From a virus (lineage: Duplodnaviria > Caudoviricetes): a stretch of 64,000 bases of DNA. A program made the position numbers and the translations under genes. Within the stretch, counting starts at the first letter, position 1, and each line of letters starts with the position of its first letter. The notes beneath the pieces were generated by a model. That model was not told where the DNA came from and ran no database searches. It saw nothing but the letters and a program-made list of their open reading frames with translations. The stretch is from positions 25,340-89,339 of IMG/VR virus record IMGVR_UViG_3300012665_000817; one strand, written 5' to 3'. Positions 61,772-64,000 of the stretch are shown here, in pieces.

Positions 61772-62478
61772 GGAGCTACTCTTCCATTCTTCACAAAAGC
61801 CTCGTAGGTTAGAGGCATAATCTCTTTAAAGATCTCCTCATACTTTTCAGCAACCATCTCGATCTCTCTCTGAGGGTAGCTTGGAAAATGAGATCCTTCA
61901 GCAGTCATTCGTAGAGAAAGGAAGTTCATCAAAGCTCTGGCATTCATAGTGACATAAGCAGAAGAGTAGATATTGACTGGAAGAACTCCTCTAGCCACTT
62001 CTCTAGCCACTCCTGCGTTTAACATATCCATGTAGTTGGCATAAGCCTCTTTACAGGTTCTCCTATAGGAAACCATAGTGATAGCCATTTGCTCTGAACT
62101 GCCTTCTTCAAAAGTATAGGCTCCAGTCTTGCCAACTTGGACAAGTCTGCGATCTTTATCTGGAACATAGAACTCTGGTTCCAATACTCGATAGCGACCT
62201 GACTCTTCGTTGTAAGAAGCCATTCGATGGCGCATATGTTCACGCCAAACAAAGATAGGGGCTTTTACATAAAAGGTAAAGACAGAGTGCTCGAAGGGGG
62301 ATCCGTGACGCTCTCTGGCTAGGAAGTTAATCAAGCCAGCAAGCTTCTCGTCTCCCTCTGTCGAGTTAAACGATCTCTCTCCTTGGGTAGATACCTTTGC
62401 AGCAAAAGCCACGTCGTTATCTGAGGCACTGTGCTTTACAAGTTCGACAACTACATCTGATCTAAAGGTGAGGTCCAA
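61768..62478 (-). CDS. thyX: flavin-dependent thymidylate synthase
   Basis: HGSPFEH, REHMRHRMASYNEESGRY (ThyX motif) and AREVARGVLP. TTG start. Confidence 0.95.
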   Translation of the reverse strand: MDLTFRSDVVVELVKHSASDNDVAFAAKVSTQGERSFNSTEGDEKLAGLINFLARERHGSPFEHSVFTFYVKAPIFVWREHMRHRMASYNEESGRYRVLEPEFYVPDKDRRLVQVGKTGAYTFEEGSSEQMAITMVSYRRTCKEAYANYMDMLNAGVAREVARGVLPVNIYSSAYVTMNARALMNFLSLRMTAEGSHFPSYPQREIEMVAEKYEEIFKEIMPLTYEAFVKNGRVAP

Positions 62479-62691
62479 TTACTCCCCAGTCTTAACAGAA
62501 CGGAGCTTTGCTCTTGCCTTAGCCTTGGCTGCTGCTTCGTCGCTCTTTTTAAAGAATGTCATTGAAGCCTTAGCAATAGCAAGAAAAGCAGCAAAAGTGA
62601 TGATGCAGACGATTGCCACCAAAACCCAACCTACTGCCCATAGTGAGATTTGAAATGCCAGTTCAAATGGCAGTTTCCAGTTGATGTCCAT
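62479..62691 (-). CDS. small membrane protein
   Basis: 70 aa with a long hydrophobic segment and a basic tail. GAGG SD. Confidence 0.65.
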   Translation of the reverse strand: MDINWKLPFELAFQISLWAVGWVLVAIVCIITFAAFLAIAKASMTFFKKSDEAAAKAKARAKLRSVKTGE

Positions 62692-62826
62692 ATTTCCTCG
62701 TTTCTGGGGTCTTTCCCCGTGTAAATAAGCCTACCATATGTACAGACTTAGACTTAAGTATGTACAGCTTTTAGGGTGTTTTATAAGCTTCATATTGAAC
62801 GATTTTTACTTTTTTAAGCGTACAAC

Positions 62827-63039
62827 CTATTCAATGACATCTTCATTAGTAGCTTTTGCCACAAGAAGAGTAGCGTAGGTATTAGATAAAGTTGCAAGAA
62901 CTTGTGAAACTTCTGGATTAACATTTAGAGAAAGAATTGCTTGTTTTGCACAAGTAAGGGCAGCTATCTCGTAATTTGCTTTTAAGCTAAGTGAATCTAA
63001 TAAATTAAGAAGTTCTTCAGTATTGAGTGTTTTTGACAT
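62827..63039 (-). CDS. hypothetical protein
   Basis: 70 aa, AAGGGA SD. Confidence 0.6.
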   Translation of the reverse strand: MSKTLNTEELLNLLDSLSLKANYEIAALTCAKQAILSLNVNPEVSQVLATLSNTYATLLVAKATNEDVIE

Positions 63040-63074
63040 AGTATCCCTTTCTTAGGACTGTTAGGCGTACAACG

Positions 63075-63416
63075 CTATTTCTTAGGTGTTATAGGTTCCT
63101 CGTACTTAGTAGAGTTATCTAAACCGACAGGTTCTCCTGTAAGAGCTGAAGCTGCGTAATATGACAACCAGCGACCAGAAGCCAAGGCAAGTAAAGGCAT
63201 AGGTTCTCTAGGTGCTCTGATAATGTTTCCAGATTCAGTTTCAAGCTGTCTGGTGTTTGATATTGCTATTAGATCTCCAGTGTCCGTGACAACCATCTTA
63301 TCTGCGTTGACATGTATGAGCCTAGAGTCCTCTAAGACAATTCCCCAATAAAACTGGCCATAATTGATTGACTTAGGGTTTTCTGAATCGTAATTAAAAA
63401 GGTGGATAGAATCCAT
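63075..63416 (-). CDS. hypothetical protein
   Basis: 113 aa, AAGGAG SD. Confidence 0.65.
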   Translation of the reverse strand: MDSIHLFNYDSENPKSINYGQFYWGIVLEDSRLIHVNADKMVVTDTGDLIAISNTRQLETESGNIIRAPREPMPLLALASGRWLSYYAASALTGEPVGLDNSTKYEEPITPKK

Positions 63417-63466
63417 TTTTACTCCTTATGTAGATGTACATTGAATGTAGAAATAGAATATCACAT

Positions 63467-63625
63467 CTAAGCAGTCTTTAGTAAATCTGCTCTATCTATA
63501 ATAACTTTCTCCCAAGCAGCTCCACAGGCATAGCACCAATCGTCCTTGTCTAGGAACATTTTGTTGTTTACAACGCCTCTGGCACTTGAAGGGCATTCAG
63601 AGCAGAAATATGAGAACTGGATCAT
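63467..63625 (-). CDS. 52-aa zinc-ribbon protein (below track cut-off)
   Basis: MIQFSYFCSEC...WCYACG..., with an ATGA overlap to the upstream gene. Confidence 0.6.
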   Translation of the reverse strand: MIQFSYFCSECPSSARGVVNNKMFLDKDDWCYACGAAWEKVIIDRADLLKTA

Positions 63626-63891
63626 CCTATACCCCTAGTCGCTTTCATAATGGCTTCAATTGTCTTGTGGTTTAGCTTCTTCTCTGGACCTGCTCCAAAG
63701 TCACCAATTACAAGATAGGCAACTTCAATATAAGCCAGCGTGTTAGAGACTAAGTCTTCTGGATGGGAGAGATCATCGCCAGATGCTGAGTAAAGGTATT
63801 GCTGCAGTCCGGGCAGAAGCCTTTCTAAAAACTGATCAGGGGTCATATAACCCCTAGCCCTAAGTTCTTTCTCTGTTGGGTTTTTACTCAT
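63622..63891 (-). CDS. hypothetical protein (89 aa)
   Basis: Start reassigned to ATG 63891 (MSKNPTEKEL...), which overlaps the stop of an upstream Cys-rich ORF. Confidence 0.6.
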   Translation of the reverse strand: MSKNPTEKELRARGYMTPDQFLERLLPGLQQYLYSASGDDLSHPEDLVSNTLAYIEVAYLVIGDFGAGPEKKLNHKTIEAIMKATRGIG

Positions 63892-64000
63892 TCGTCGCAC
63901 CCGCAAGGCTCTGTGTAGTCGAATGTGCAAAAGTAGCAGCCCATGTACTCCCCGTGGGCTTTGCAGACATAGCGGAACTGCTGGGCATCGCAACAGATAT
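63888..64000 (-). CDS. 5'-truncated Cys-rich protein
   Basis: ...ICCDAQQFRYVCKAHGEYMGCYFCTFDYTEPCGCDE*, with TGA at 63888-63890 in an ATGA overlap. Confidence 0.55.
   Translation of the reverse strand, partial: ICCDAQQFRYVCKAHGEYMGCYFCTFDYTEPCGCDE

Noticed and set aside
63892-63993. Track start of the 123-aa ORF
   Set aside because: This stretch is better read in another frame as the end of a Cys-rich gene overlapping ATG 63891.

Overview
This window is part of a tailed dsDNA phage genome, most likely a siphovirus infecting a low-GC Actinobacterium. The evidence is a whiB gene, actinophage-type tail, replication and terminase genes, and GC in the low-40s % by eye (not computed). It has four alternating transcription blocks. 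(1) + strand, 1-23.2 kb: neck and tail completion genes, a tail chaperone pair, tape measure, repeat-laden Dit and Tal, an S74-capped spike, PolA, RuvC-like, SNF2, a nuclease/Sak4-like/SSB module, a GT-B-like protein, DUF6378 and WhiB. (2) - strand, 23.2-51.9 kb: a tightly coupled operon of about 26.5 kb with six collagen-like (G-P-T/G-A-T) fibre genes, two giant adhesin-like genes and a beta-propeller. It ends in an S8 subtilase, a SAM methyltransferase, a GT2-TPR glycosyltransferase and a flavin-dependent halogenase homologue. A metallophosphoesterase pair and a membrane protein lie upstream of it. (3) + strand: primase-helicase and an SNase. (4) - strand: TerL, a tandem-HTH protein, a 1234-aa secreted and membrane-anchored surface protein with a small 2-TM partner, a short serine recombinase, ThyX and small ORFs. 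The best candidate for an undescribed system is the fibre operon with its own tailoring enzymes, which may glycosylate, methylate and halogenate the fibres; one fibre also ends in an apparent type-1 copper site. Other candidates are the phage-encoded host-surface protein pair, a dyad-symmetric site abutting the serine recombinase, and a perfect 55-bp repeat at two fibre gene starts. No tRNA, rRNA, CRISPR array, intron or intein was recognised. All family assignments are from motif recognition by eye, with no database searches.
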